From: Acidimicrobiales bacterium | Lineage (GTDB): Bacteria > Actinomycetota > Acidimicrobiia > Acidimicrobiales > VFJN01 | DNA: 48,864 bases | Reading direction: 5' to 3' | Assembly: GCA_035303865.1 (NCBI GenBank) | Contig: DATGRC010000302.1 | Coordinates: 1-48,864, forward strand | Shown: one piece after another, positions 8,998 to 17,754 of the stretch | Layout: every line of letters starts with the position of its first letter | Numbering within the stretch: position 1 is the first letter of the stretch | Translations under genes and position numbers: made by a program | Notes under the pieces: generated by a model | What the model saw: the letters and a program-made list of their open reading frames with translations, nothing else | What the model was told of the DNA's origin: nothing | Databases searched by the model: none

Positions 8998-9345
8998 ATG
9001 GTGTCGACGCAGGTCGTCCCGGTGGTCCTCACACCGGAGGCGATCGAGGCGCTGCCCCTCGAGCCGCTCGGACGGCTGGAGGGGGTGCAGCACCGCGTGC
9101 TCTGGCGGGACGACACCTCGATGAGCGGCGTGCTCACCGTGGCGCCCGGCCGGAACCTCGGCCGGCACACGCATCGCCAGAACCACCACCACATCTGGGT
9201 GCTGGACGGCGAGCCGATCGTGCTCGGCCAGCGGCTCCGGCCCGGCAGCTACGTCCACATCCCGAGCGGGGTGGAGCACGACATCGAGGCCCCCGGGGAC
9301 GGGCCCTGCACCGTCCTCTACATGTACCTGCGCCCGGGGACCTGA
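8998..9345 (+). CDS. Cupin domain protein (ChrR-like C-terminal cupin)
   Basis: 115 aa. Sequence reads GRHTHRQNHHHIWVLDG...YVHIPSGVEHD, a cupin His cluster. GGGAGG RBS precedes the ATG. Confidence 0.65.
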   Translation: MVSTQVVPVVLTPEAIEALPLEPLGRLEGVQHRVLWRDDTSMSGVLTVAPGRNLGRHTHRQNHHHIWVLDGEPIVLGQRLRPGSYVHIPSGVEHDIEAPGDGPCTVLYMYLRPGT

Positions 9346-9393
9346 CCCGGGCCGGCCCCGTCGGGCCGTGACCTGACGACGCGAGGAGGAGCC

Positions 9394-9789
9394 GTGCGAG
9401 CGAGAGACGTGTACCGACCGGTCGTGGCCACCTGCGCGCCGGGTGACGCGCTGCGCGACGTCGCCCGGACGATGGCGGACACCGAGTCCGGGTTCGTCGC
9501 CATCCTCGAGGACGGGCACCTCCAGGGCGTGATCTCCGAGCGCGACGTCGTGCGAGCCCTCGCCGAGGGGCACGACCCGGGCACGGCCACCGCCGCCGAC
9601 CACGCCACCCGAGGGGTGGTGACCGCCGCCCCCGACGACGACCTGGAGGCGGTGGCCCGCCGCATGGTCGACGCGGAGGTGCGTCACCTCCCCGTGGTGG
9701 ACGAGCACGGCGAGCTGGTGGGCGTGGTCGCGATGCGCGACGTCTTCGCCGTGGAGACCCTCCTCTCCGCCCCGCCCGAGCGGGGCTGA
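9394..9789 (+). CDS. CBS-pair domain protein
   Basis: 131 aa with two CBS repeats (...GFVAILEDGHLQGVISERDVVRAL... and ...VRHLPVVDEHGELVGVVAMRDVF). GAGGAGGAG RBS. Confidence 0.8.
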   Translation: MRARDVYRPVVATCAPGDALRDVARTMADTESGFVAILEDGHLQGVISERDVVRALAEGHDPGTATAADHATRGVVTAAPDDDLEAVARRMVDAEVRHLPVVDEHGELVGVVAMRDVFAVETLLSAPPERG

Positions 9790-9803
9790 GCCTGAGCCCG
9801 GCC

Positions 9804-9821
9804 CCGCCGCTCGAGCGGCGG
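9804..9821. terminator. Perfect 18-bp palindrome CCGCCGCTCGAGCGGCGG after the CBS gene
   Basis: It lies 15 nt after the CBS gene stop and 43 nt before the hsp20 ATG. It would form a 7-bp stem with a 4-nt loop. It does not match HAIR or CIRCE. Confidence 0.35.
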
Positions 9822-9863
9822 TCGGCCCCGGTGCACCACGAGCGAACGCGAAGGAGGTAGCCG

Positions 9864-10331
9864 ATGGCTGGACTGATCAAGCGTGAACCGAAGCCGGTCG
9901 ACGTGTTCGAGCGCTTCGACCGGCTGTTCGACGAGTGGACCCGGACCCTGCCGTTCCGGTGGCCGGCGTGGAGCGCCCCGGACTGGCGCGACGCCGAGGT
10001 GATCCGCGTCGACGAGTACGCCAAGGACCGCGAGCTCGTGATCCGGGCTGAGCTCCCGGGCATCGACCCGGACGAGGACGTCGAGGTGACGGTGGCGGAC
10101 GGGACGCTCCACATCACCGCCGAGCGCACCGAGGAGAAGCGCGAGGAGGAGAAGGGCAACTGGATCCGCCGTGAGATCCGGCGGGGCTCGTTCTCCCGCA
10201 GCCTGGCCCTGCCCGAGGGCGTCTCGGAGGACGACATCTCGGCCAGCTACCGAGACGGGATCCTCGAGATCACCGTGCCGATGCCCGAGAAGGCGCCCGC
10301 CGCGAAGCGGATCGAGGTGGCCAAGGCCTGA
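9864..10331 (+). CDS. Hsp20/alpha-crystallin small heat-shock protein
   Basis: 155 aa. The alpha-crystallin core reads ...ELVIRAELPGIDPDEDVEVTVADGTLHITAER...F.RSLALPEGV...ASYRDGILEITVP. AAGGAGG RBS. Confidence 0.9.
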   Translation: MAGLIKREPKPVDVFERFDRLFDEWTRTLPFRWPAWSAPDWRDAEVIRVDEYAKDRELVIRAELPGIDPDEDVEVTVADGTLHITAERTEEKREEEKGNWIRREIRRGSFSRSLALPEGVSEDDISASYRDGILEITVPMPEKAPAAKRIEVAKA

Positions 10332-10377
10332 GGCCGCCCGTCGACCCGCGGCTCCGCCGTCGGTCCGGGAACGAGAA

Positions 10378-10402
10378 GAGCCGGGACCACCGGTCCCGGC
10401 TC
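10378..10402. terminator. Perfect 11-bp stem / 3-nt loop hairpin between hsp20 and tRNA-Ala (candidate bidirectional terminator)
   Basis: GAGCCGGGACC-acc-GGTCCCGGCTC. It lies 47 nt after the hsp20 stop and 11 nt beyond the 3' end of the minus-strand tRNA. Confidence 0.5.
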
Positions 10403-10412
10403 GCTCGTGCGG

Positions 10413-10486
10413 TGGAGGTGATGGGATTCGAACCCACGGCCTCTTCGATGCGACCGAAGCGCTCTAGCCAGCTGAGCTACACCCCC
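10413..10486 (-). tRNA. tRNA-Ala (anticodon CGC)
   Basis: The reverse complement folds as a cloverleaf: GGGGGTG/TA/GCTC-AGCTGGCTA-GAGC/G/CTTCG-GT CGC AT-CGAAG/AGGCC/GTGGG-TTCGAAT-CCCAT/CACCTCC/A. The G3:U70 alanine identity pair is present. CCA is not fully encoded. Confidence 0.9.
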
Positions 10487-10542
10487 AGGGGGATGGTCAG
10501 ACTAGCGCGGCGGACCCCCGCCGCAGCCAGGCAGCCGACCGG

Positions 10543-11046
10543 TCAGCTGCCGGAGCGGCGCAGCAGGATCTGGTCCTCGGGCCGAGCGATCGTGTGGGTC
10601 GGCTGGAGGTAGCGGACCTTGTGCTCGCGCTCCATGGAGCGCTGCTGGAGGTTGATGAGCATCAGCACGTAGGCGCCGAAGAGGAGGTCGACGCCGAGGT
10701 GCAGCGCCCACACCCAGCCCCCGAGGGCGAGGGCCAGGACGAACGTGACGCCGACGGCGCCGAGCAGGGTGAGGAACACGTCGCGACGGCGGCGACGGAC
10801 CTCGGCGCGGCGCATGGCCGCCGCCGAGGGGGCGGACCGCCGAGGCGGGGCGACGCGCCCGACGTCGAGGTGGGCGAGGTTGCTGGCCCGAGCGCCCGGG
10901 GTGGTCCGCTCCAGGACGGACAGCTGGGACCGGAACGAGGCGATCGAGTCGCCCGGACGGGTCTCGCGCCGGTTCTGGAGGTAGGGGGGCACGAGCACGG
11001 CGGCCCAGATGGCCGCCAGGATCAGGAGTACGAGCACGGTCGTCAC
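10543..11046 (-). CDS. Actinobacterial membrane protein resembling the SepX/GlpR divisome protein (membrane receptor of the gephyrin-like MoeA paralogue Glp)
   Basis: 167 aa. It has an N-terminal TM segment followed by a basic stretch (VLVLLILAAIWAAVLVPPYLQNRRE), a disordered Arg-rich linker, and two C-terminal TM segments. It lies in the conserved galU-moeA neighbourhood. The assignment rests on remembered family features and synteny, not on a search. Confidence 0.5.
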   Translation of the reverse strand: MTTVLVLLILAAIWAAVLVPPYLQNRRETRPGDSIASFRSQLSVLERTTPGARASNLAHLDVGRVAPPRRSAPSAAAMRRAEVRRRRRDVFLTLLGAVGVTFVLALALGGWVWALHLGVDLLFGAYVLMLINLQQRSMEREHKVRYLQPTHTIARPEDQILLRRSGS

Positions 11047-11281
11047 GCTCCGTTGCCGTCCTTTGCGTGTCAGTGACCGTACCTGGCGCCTGGTGAGCGA
11101 TCGGGGATGCTCGGCTGCCCGGCCTGGTCGGGTGCGGATGGGACCGACCGTGACGGTCGGCTGAAGAACGTTACGGTTCTACTACGAACGCCTCGGCGAG
11201 ACCAGGCCGGCCGGGTGCTCGGACGACCACGGGGCGTGGTGGACGCCGCCGGCAGGGCCCCGGTCCGGGGCGACCGCCGGG

Positions 11282-11788
<507 letters not shown>

Positions 11789-11844
11789 GGCGCCGAGCCT
11801 ACCCCTGCGCCCTCCCCCGGGACCGGGCCCGCTGCTCGGGCGGC

Positions 11845-12855
11845 TCAGCCGCCGATCTGGCTCATCGACCGGCGGGGCCGCACGAAGTGCACCTGGTTGA
11901 TGGCGTGCCCGGCCCACTTGGCGCCGACGCAGGCCTCGATGGCCGCCGACAGGTCGTCATCGGTGCCGCCGCGGCGCAGCACGGCCCGCAGGTCGTGGTC
12001 CTCGAGGGAGAAGAGGCAGCTGCGGAGCTGACCGTCGGCGGTGAGGCGGAGCCGGTCGCACTGCTCGCAGAACGGCCGGGTGACGCTCGGGATGACCCCC
12101 ACCTCGCCGGTGCCGTCGAGGTAGCGGAACCGCTCGGCCGGCTCGTTGCCCCGGGCCAGCGGCTCCAGCGGGAAGGCGGCGGCGATCTGCTCGACGATCT
12201 CGGCCTGGGTGACGACCCGGTCGCCCCGCCAGGCGTCGCCGCCGTCGAGGGGCATCCACTCGATGAACCGCACGGTGACGCCCCGCTGGCGGCCCCAGGC
12301 GGCGAGGTCGACGATCTCGTCGTCGTTGACGCCGCGGACCACGACCACGTTCACCTTCACCGGGGTGAGCCCGGCGGCGACGGCGGCGTCCACGCCGGCG
12401 AGGACCGTCGCCAGCTCGTCGCGGCGGGTCAGCTCGGCGAAGCGCTCGGGCCGCAGCGAGTCGAGGGACACGTTGACCCGGCGCAGCCCGGCGGCGGCGA
12501 GCGGCTCGGCCTGGGTCACGAGGGTGGCGCCGTTGGTGGTGAGCGCGAGGTCGACGGGCAGCGCCGCGAGCTTGGCGACGAGGACCGGCAGGTGGGCCCG
12601 CACCGTGGGCTCGCCGCCGGTGAGGCGGATCGAGCGGATGCCGTGGCGCTCGACGAGGAGCCGGGCGACGCGCTCGAGCTCCTCGAAGGTGAGGACCTCC
12701 TCCCGGGGCAGCCAGGTGAGGCCCTCGGCGGGCATGCAGTAGGTGCAGCGGAAGTTGCACCGGTCGGTGACCGAGATCCGCAGGTCCCGGTGGACCCGTC
12801 CGAAGGCGTCGACGAGCGGCCGCTCGACGTGGTCGTCCTGGGACCCCCCGTGCAT
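11845..12855 (-). CDS. moaA: GTP 3',8-cyclase MoaA (radical SAM)
   Basis: This is the C-terminal 336 codons of track ORF 11845..14133, starting at ATG 12855. The radical-SAM cluster is LRISVTDRCNFRCTYCMP. The C-terminal auxiliary cluster is CEQCDRLRLTADGQLRSCLF. Confidence 0.9.
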   Translation of the reverse strand: MHGGSQDDHVERPLVDAFGRVHRDLRISVTDRCNFRCTYCMPAEGLTWLPREEVLTFEELERVARLLVERHGIRSIRLTGGEPTVRAHLPVLVAKLAALPVDLALTTNGATLVTQAEPLAAAGLRRVNVSLDSLRPERFAELTRRDELATVLAGVDAAVAAGLTPVKVNVVVVRGVNDDEIVDLAAWGRQRGVTVRFIEWMPLDGGDAWRGDRVVTQAEIVEQIAAAFPLEPLARGNEPAERFRYLDGTGEVGVIPSVTRPFCEQCDRLRLTADGQLRSCLFSLEDHDLRAVLRRGGTDDDLSAAIEACVGAKWAGHAINQVHFVRPRRSMSQIGG

Positions 12856-12896
12856 GCGGGCCAGCCTAGGGGGCCCGGTCGGTGGCGCCGCCCGGG

Positions 12897-14129
12897 TCAG
12901 GGCTCGCGCTGGAGCAGCACCCGGACCGGGTCGCCGGCGGCGGCGCCGGGACCGTCGGGCAGGAGGGCCAGGCCGTGGGCCCGGGCCATGGCGGTGAGCT
13001 GGTGGGACCCCTGCCCGCCGGCGGAGCGCACGGCGAACGTCCCGTCCGCGGACCGCTCGGCCACCACCCGCACGAGGTGGAGCTTGCCGTCGGGGCGGCG
13101 GGTGAGCGCGTCGGCGGCGGTGGCGACCACCGGCGCCCGGTGCCAGCGCCCCTCGGGGTGGCCGGCCAGGCGTCGCAGCGCCGGCCGGGCCAGCAGCTCG
13201 TAGGAGACCATCGACGACACCGGGTTGCCGGGCAGCCCGAACACCGGGGTGCCGTCGACGAGGCCGAAGGCGAACGGCTTGGCCGGCTTGATGGCGATCT
13301 GCATCCAGGTCATGTCGCCGAGCCGGTCGAGGACGACCTTCACGAGGTCCGTGTCGCCCATGGACACCCCGCCGCTCGACAGGACGGCGTCGCAGGTGGC
13401 GGCGCCCCGCCGGATGGCGGCGGTGATCGCGGCCTCGTCGTCGGGGACCAGGCCGAGGTCGACCGGCTCGAAGCCGTCCTCGGCGAGGAGGGCGAGGAGG
13501 GTGGGGCCGTTCGACTCGCGGATCTGGCCGGCCCGCAGGGGCCCGCCGCCGCGGACGAGCTCGTCGCCGGTGGACAGCACGCCGACGCGGGGACGGCGGT
13601 GCACGGGCACCTCGGTGACGCCGATCGTGGCGAGCACCCCGAGGTGGCCGGGGCCGAGCCGGTCGCCGGCGCGGAAGACGACGTCCCCCGGTCGCACGTC
13701 CTCGCCGGGGCCGCGGACGTGGGCGCCGGGGACGGCCTCGTGGGCGATGGCCACGGCGGCACCGCCGTCGAGGCGCTCGGTGTGCTCGACGATCACGATG
13801 GCGTCGGCGCCGTCGGGCACGGGCGCCCCGGTGAAGATCCGCATCGCCTCCCCTGGGCGCAGCGCCCGGGGGGCGGGGTGGCCGGCCGCCACCTCGGCCA
13901 CGACCGGGAGCCGCACCGGCTCCGCGGCGGAGGCCCCCGCGGTGTCGGCGGCCACGACGGCGTACCCGTCCATCGCCGAGCCGGCGAAGGGCGGCACGGC
14001 GACGGAGGACACGACGTCCTCGCCCAGCACGAGCCCCCGGGCCTCGGCCACCGCGACGGGGGCCACCGGCAGGGCCGCCACCCGCCCCAGGACGTACCCC
14101 TGCGCCTCCTCGACCGGCGTCAGCCCCAT
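12897..14129 (-). CDS. moeA: Molybdopterin molybdenumtransferase MoeA (gephyrin-like fold)
   Basis: 410 aa. Sequence reads PPFAGSAMDGYAV...RIFTGAPVPDGADAIV...VLSTGDEL...IRESNG...SSGGVSMGD.DLVK...IKPAKPF..G......VFGLPGNPVSS. Confidence 0.9.
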   Translation of the reverse strand: MGLTPVEEAQGYVLGRVAALPVAPVAVAEARGLVLGEDVVSSVAVPPFAGSAMDGYAVVAADTAGASAAEPVRLPVVAEVAAGHPAPRALRPGEAMRIFTGAPVPDGADAIVIVEHTERLDGGAAVAIAHEAVPGAHVRGPGEDVRPGDVVFRAGDRLGPGHLGVLATIGVTEVPVHRRPRVGVLSTGDELVRGGGPLRAGQIRESNGPTLLALLAEDGFEPVDLGLVPDDEAAITAAIRRGAATCDAVLSSGGVSMGDTDLVKVVLDRLGDMTWMQIAIKPAKPFAFGLVDGTPVFGLPGNPVSSMVSYELLARPALRRLAGHPEGRWHRAPVVATAADALTRRPDGKLHLVRVVAERSADGTFAVRSAGGQGSHQLTAMARAHGLALLPDGPGAAAGDPVRVLLQREP

Positions 14130-14228
14130 GCACCCGATCCTACGGAGCCCCCGCCGGCGAGCCGCCAGCGCGAGCCCACGGCGAGCGCCTCGGACCCGAG
14201 CTCGAAGCCCCGCGTCGAGATCGACGAG

Positions 14229-15110
14229 CTAGACGATGCCCGCCTCCTTGACGTAGGTGGCGAGCCAGGCCCGGAAGTCGGGGCCGAGGTCGGGGCGGGC
14301 GAGGGCCAGCTCCACGGTGGCCCGGAGGTAGTCGAGCTTGTCGCCCACGTCGTAGCGGCCGTCGACGAAGGTGTGGCCGAAGACGGGCTCCTCGTCGAGG
14401 AGGAGGCCGATGGCGTCGGTGAGCTGGATCTCGCCGCCGCGGCCGGGCTGCACCTCGTCGAGCGCGTCGAAGATGGCGGGCGTGAAGACGTAGCGGCCGA
14501 GCACCGCGTAGGACGACGGCGCCTCCTCGGGGGCGGGCTTCTCGATGATCCCCCTGATGCGCAGGAGCCCGTCGTCGGTGGGCTCGTAGTCGACGCACCC
14601 GTAGAGCGAGATCTGCTCGGGCGGGAACTCCTTGCACGACAGCACCGAGGCGCCGGTGCGCTCGTGGACGGCGATCATCTCGCGGAGGACCTTGGCGTCG
14701 TCGACCATGATGTCGTCGCCGAGCAGCACGACGAACGGGTCGTTGCCGACGTGGCGGCGGGCCTGGGCGACGGCGTGGCCGAGCCCGAGCGGCTCGCCCT
14801 GGCGGACGTAGTGGACCTGGGCGAGGTCGGCGAGGCGGCGGACCTCCTCGAGCTCGGCCTCCTTGCCCTTGTCGGCGAGCTCCTTCTCGAGCTCGACGCT
14901 GCGGTCGAAGTGGTCCTCGAGGCTGCGCTTGTTGCGCCCGGTGACGATGAGGATGTCGTCGATGCCGGCCCGCACCGCCTCCTCCACGACGTACTGGATG
15001 GCCGGCTTGTCGACGACCGGCAGCATCTCCTTGGGCTGCGCCTTGGTGGCGGGCAGGAAGCGGGTGCCGAGACCGGCAGCGGGGATGACGGCCTTGCGTA
15101 CGGGGGGCAT
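14229..15110 (-). CDS. galU: UTP--glucose-1-phosphate uridylyltransferase
   Basis: 293 aa. Sequence reads KAVIPAAGLGTRFLPATKAQPKEMLPVVDKPAIQYVVEEA...LGLGHAV, a canonical GalU N-terminus. Confidence 0.9.
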   Translation of the reverse strand: MPPVRKAVIPAAGLGTRFLPATKAQPKEMLPVVDKPAIQYVVEEAVRAGIDDILIVTGRNKRSLEDHFDRSVELEKELADKGKEAELEEVRRLADLAQVHYVRQGEPLGLGHAVAQARRHVGNDPFVVLLGDDIMVDDAKVLREMIAVHERTGASVLSCKEFPPEQISLYGCVDYEPTDDGLLRIRGIIEKPAPEEAPSSYAVLGRYVFTPAIFDALDEVQPGRGGEIQLTDAIGLLLDEEPVFGHTFVDGRYDVGDKLDYLRATVELALARPDLGPDFRAWLATYVKEAGIV

Positions 15111-15119
15111 GGCGCCAGG

Positions 15120-15719
15120 CTACCGACGCCCGGTGGGGCCTTCGCCCCGCCGGAGCCCGGGCTCCTCGCCCTGCCGGAGGCGGCCCAGGTTGTCGCGGTG
15201 GCGCACGATCACGAGGAGCCCGCAGGTCGCGAAGGCGGCGATCTCGGCGGCGGGTCGACCGACCGCGGCGGCGCCGACCGGGAAGGCGGCCGCGATCGCG
15301 ATCGACGCGATCGACGCGGTCGACGTGGCCCGGGCGACGACCACCCAGACGACCGCGAGGGCCGCGGCGACGATCGGCACGAGCACGAGGGCCATCCCGG
15401 CGGCGGTGGCCACGCCCTTGCCGCCCCGCCGGCCGATCGGGGCCACGTGGCCGAGCACAGCGGCCAGCCCGCAGGCCACGCCGACCCCGCGGCCCGCGAG
15501 CAGCAGCCCGGCGGCCGACGCCAGCGCGCCCTTGCCGAGGTCGCCGAGGAGGACGAGGGCGCCGGCGCGGCGTCCCATCGTGCGCAGCGTGTTGGAGGCG
15601 CCGGGGTTGCCGGAGCCCTCGCTGGTGACGTCGCGGCCGCGGCGCCGTCCGACGAGCACCGCGGTGGGGAAGGTGCCGAGCAGGTAGGCCGGCACGACGA
15701 GGGACCAGCCGAGCGACAC
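15120..15719 (-). CDS. plsY: Glycerol-3-phosphate acyltransferase PlsY (acyl-phosphate dependent)
   Basis: 199 aa, polytopic membrane protein. Sequence reads GSGNPGASNTLR...GD..KG...LGHV.P......GGKGVATAAG. Confidence 0.85.
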   Translation of the reverse strand: MSLGWSLVVPAYLLGTFPTAVLVGRRRGRDVTSEGSGNPGASNTLRTMGRRAGALVLLGDLGKGALASAAGLLLAGRGVGVACGLAAVLGHVAPIGRRGGKGVATAAGMALVLVPIVAAALAVVWVVVARATSTASIASIAIAAAFPVGAAAVGRPAAEIAAFATCGLLVIVRHRDNLGRLRQGEEPGLRRGEGPTGRR

Positions 15720-15782
15720 GGGGGCGAGGGTAGGCGCCGCTCAGCGGACGGGGCGACGTGGCGGCGCGTGCCGGGCGGCCGC

Positions 15783-15813
15783 TACATTGGCACTCGCCTG
15801 CCGAGAGTGCTAA
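15783..15813 (+). promoter_or_regulatory. CIRCE element (HrcA operator) TTGGCACTC-N9-GAGTGCTAA abutting a TACATT -10 hexamer, upstream of the Ruc-like gene
   Basis: 15787-15813 matches the CIRCE consensus TTAGCACTC-N9-GAGTGCTAA at 17 of 18 positions with the exact 9-nt spacer. TACATT (15783-15788) overlaps its 5' end. It lies 67 nt upstream of the GTG at 15880. Confidence 0.75.
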
Positions 15814-15879
15814 CGACGGCGGCAGAGAAGCGCTGGGCGGTGGCGGTGTGCCGCCAGTCGGAGCGACACGGAGGACGGA

Positions 15880-16137
15880 GTGCCCACCTACGAGTACCGG
15901 TGCCGGGAGTGCGGTCACGAGCTGGAGGCCGTCCAGGCCTTCACCGACGACGCGCTCACGACCTGCCCGAGCTGTGGCCAGGAGGGCCTGCGGAAGGTCT
16001 TCGGGGCGGTCGGCATCTCGTTCAAGGGCAGCGGCTTCTACAAGACCGACAGCCGCTCGGGGTCGAGCAACGGCAGCTTGAGCGACAGCTCCTCCAGCGA
16101 CTCGTCGTCGAGCACGGCGGACGCCGCCTCCGCCTGA
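15880..16137 (+). CDS. ruc: FmdB-family zinc-ribbon protein with Ser-rich disordered tail (homologue of mycobacterial Rv0991c/Ruc redox-regulated chaperone)
   Basis: 85 aa. Sequence reads MPTYEYRCRECGHELEAVQAFTDDALTTCPSCG...KGSGFYKTDSR (CxxC...CxxC) followed by SGSSNGSLSDSSSSDSSSS. GGAGGA RBS. Confidence 0.75.
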   Translation: MPTYEYRCRECGHELEAVQAFTDDALTTCPSCGQEGLRKVFGAVGISFKGSGFYKTDSRSGSSNGSLSDSSSSDSSSSTADAASA

Positions 16138-16231
16138 CCGGCGCCGCCGACGGGGCCTTCCGCCTGCGGACGGCCCTGGCTAGCGTCGGAGCTGCTTCCC
16201 CCACACCGCCGCCTCACCCCGGAGGCGCGCC

Positions 16232-16900
16232 GTGCTGCGCCCGACGCCTGCTCGACCCCTCCCCCGCCGCCGCGGCGGCCTCCTCCCCGCGCTCCGGCGC
16301 CGGCCCCGGCTGTGGTGGGCGCTCGTCGTCACGCTGGCCCTCGCCGTGGGGCTGACGGTGTCGTCGGCGGTCGAGCGCGCCGACGCCGCCCGCCGGGCCT
16401 GGGGCGAGCCCGTGGCCGTGGTCGTGGCCACCGCGGACATCGGCCCGGGCGATGCGATCACCGACGCCGTGGTCGCCCTGGAGGAGCGTCCGGGGGCGGT
16501 CGTGCCGGCGTCCGCGCTCACGGAGGTCCCGGTCGCCCGGTCCGCGGCCACCTCGATCGCGGCCGGGGAGGTGGTGGTGGCCGAGCGCCTGGCCGACGCC
16601 GGTCTGCGGGGCCCCGCCGCGATGCTGCCACCGGGCACCCGGGCGGTGGCCGTCCCGGCCGAGCGGGGCCTCACGCCGCCGCTGGCCGCCGGCGATCGGG
16701 TCGACGTGGTCGTGGCCCTGGGCGGCGACGGCGAGGACCGGGGCGGGGCACCGCCGGGGTTCACGCTGGTGGACGCCGCGCTGGTCGTCGACGTGTCGGA
16801 GGACGCGGTCACCGTGGCCGTGCCCCGGGCCGACACGGCGCGCGTGGCGGTGGCGCTGGGATCGGGCGTGGTGACCCTGGCCCTGGTGGGGGCCCGCTGA
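16232..16900 (+). CDS. SAF-domain membrane-anchored protein (CpaB/RcpC-like)
   Basis: 222 aa. It has an N-terminal TM segment (LWWALVVTLALAVGLTV), then a SAF-like segment (IGPGDAITDAVVALEERP...). It sits beside the zinc-ribbon gene, as in other actinobacteria. Confidence 0.6.
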   Translation: MLRPTPARPLPRRRGGLLPALRRRPRLWWALVVTLALAVGLTVSSAVERADAARRAWGEPVAVVVATADIGPGDAITDAVVALEERPGAVVPASALTEVPVARSAATSIAAGEVVVAERLADAGLRGPAAMLPPGTRAVAVPAERGLTPPLAAGDRVDVVVALGGDGEDRGGAPPGFTLVDAALVVDVSEDAVTVAVPRADTARVAVALGSGVVTLALVGAR

Positions 16901-16919
16901 GCTGGCCCGGACGCGCCGG

Positions 16920-17735
16920 TCAGAGCAGGTAGAGCCCGAGCACGACGACCCCGACGAGCACCCGGTACACCACGAAGGGGGTGAACGTCCGGGTGCGGAT
17001 GAGGCGCAGCGTGCCCCACACGGCCAGCCAGCCGGTGACGCCGGAGGCGACGATGCCCCAGGCGAACGGGGCGACGAACCCGTCGGGGATGCCGCCCTCG
17101 CTCGCCACGTCGAGCGCCTTGTAGACGAGGGCGCCGGCGGTGATCGGCAGGCTCATCAGGAACGCGAAGCGGGCGGCCCCGTCGCGCCCGAGCCCGACGA
17201 GGCGCCCGGCCGTCATCGTCACCCCGGAGCGGGACACGCCGGGCTGGAGGGCGACGGCCTGCCCCACGCCCATGATGAGCGCGTCGCGCAGGCGGATCTC
17301 CTCGACCACCCGGGTGCCGGGGGCCCGGTCGGCCCAGGCCAGGACGAGCCCGAACACGATGAGCATCGTGGCGATCAGCCAGATGTAGCCGGTCTTGTCC
17401 TCGATCACGTCGGCGAACAGGGCGCCGGTGATCGCGGCGGGCACGGCGGAGGCCACCAGGAACCAGGCGATCCGCCCGTCGAGCGTGCCCAGCGCCCCCC
17501 GCCGGAGCCCGGCCCGGGCGTAGCGGACGACGTCGGCCCGGAAGTAGGCGAGCGCGCCGATCAGGGTGCCGAGGTGGAGGGCGACGTCGAAGGTCTTCTG
17601 CAGGTGCTCCTGCCCGGCGAAGTCGTCCCAGCCGAACAGCCACGGGACGAGGCGGAGGTGCCCGGAGGACGAGATGGGCAGGAACTCGGACAGCCCCTGG
17701 GTGATGCCCAGGACGATGGCGTGGAGGATCGGCAT
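16920..17735 (-). CDS. uppP: Undecaprenyl-diphosphate phosphatase (BacA/UppP)
   Basis: 271 aa. Sequence reads ILHAIVLGITQGLSEFLPISSSGHL...QAVALQPGVSRSGVTMTAG, canonical UppP motifs. Confidence 0.9.
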   Translation of the reverse strand: MPILHAIVLGITQGLSEFLPISSSGHLRLVPWLFGWDDFAGQEHLQKTFDVALHLGTLIGALAYFRADVVRYARAGLRRGALGTLDGRIAWFLVASAVPAAITGALFADVIEDKTGYIWLIATMLIVFGLVLAWADRAPGTRVVEEIRLRDALIMGVGQAVALQPGVSRSGVTMTAGRLVGLGRDGAARFAFLMSLPITAGALVYKALDVASEGGIPDGFVAPFAWGIVASGVTGWLAVWGTLRLIRTRTFTPFVVYRVLVGVVVLGLYLL

Positions 17736-17754
17736 GCGGGCGGGTGGGGGCCGG

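Noticed and set aside
9790-9863. HAIR (HspR) or CIRCE operator upstream of hsp20
   Set aside because: Neither CTTGAGT-N7-ACTCAAG nor TTAGCACTC-N9-GAGTGCTAA is present. The palindrome CCGCCGCTCGAGCGGCGG fits a terminator of the upstream CBS gene better.
12856-12896. Moco riboswitch upstream of moaA
   Set aside because: The moeA-moaA spacer is only 41 nt, which is too short for the roughly 130-nt Moco RNA motif. I saw no matching conserved elements.
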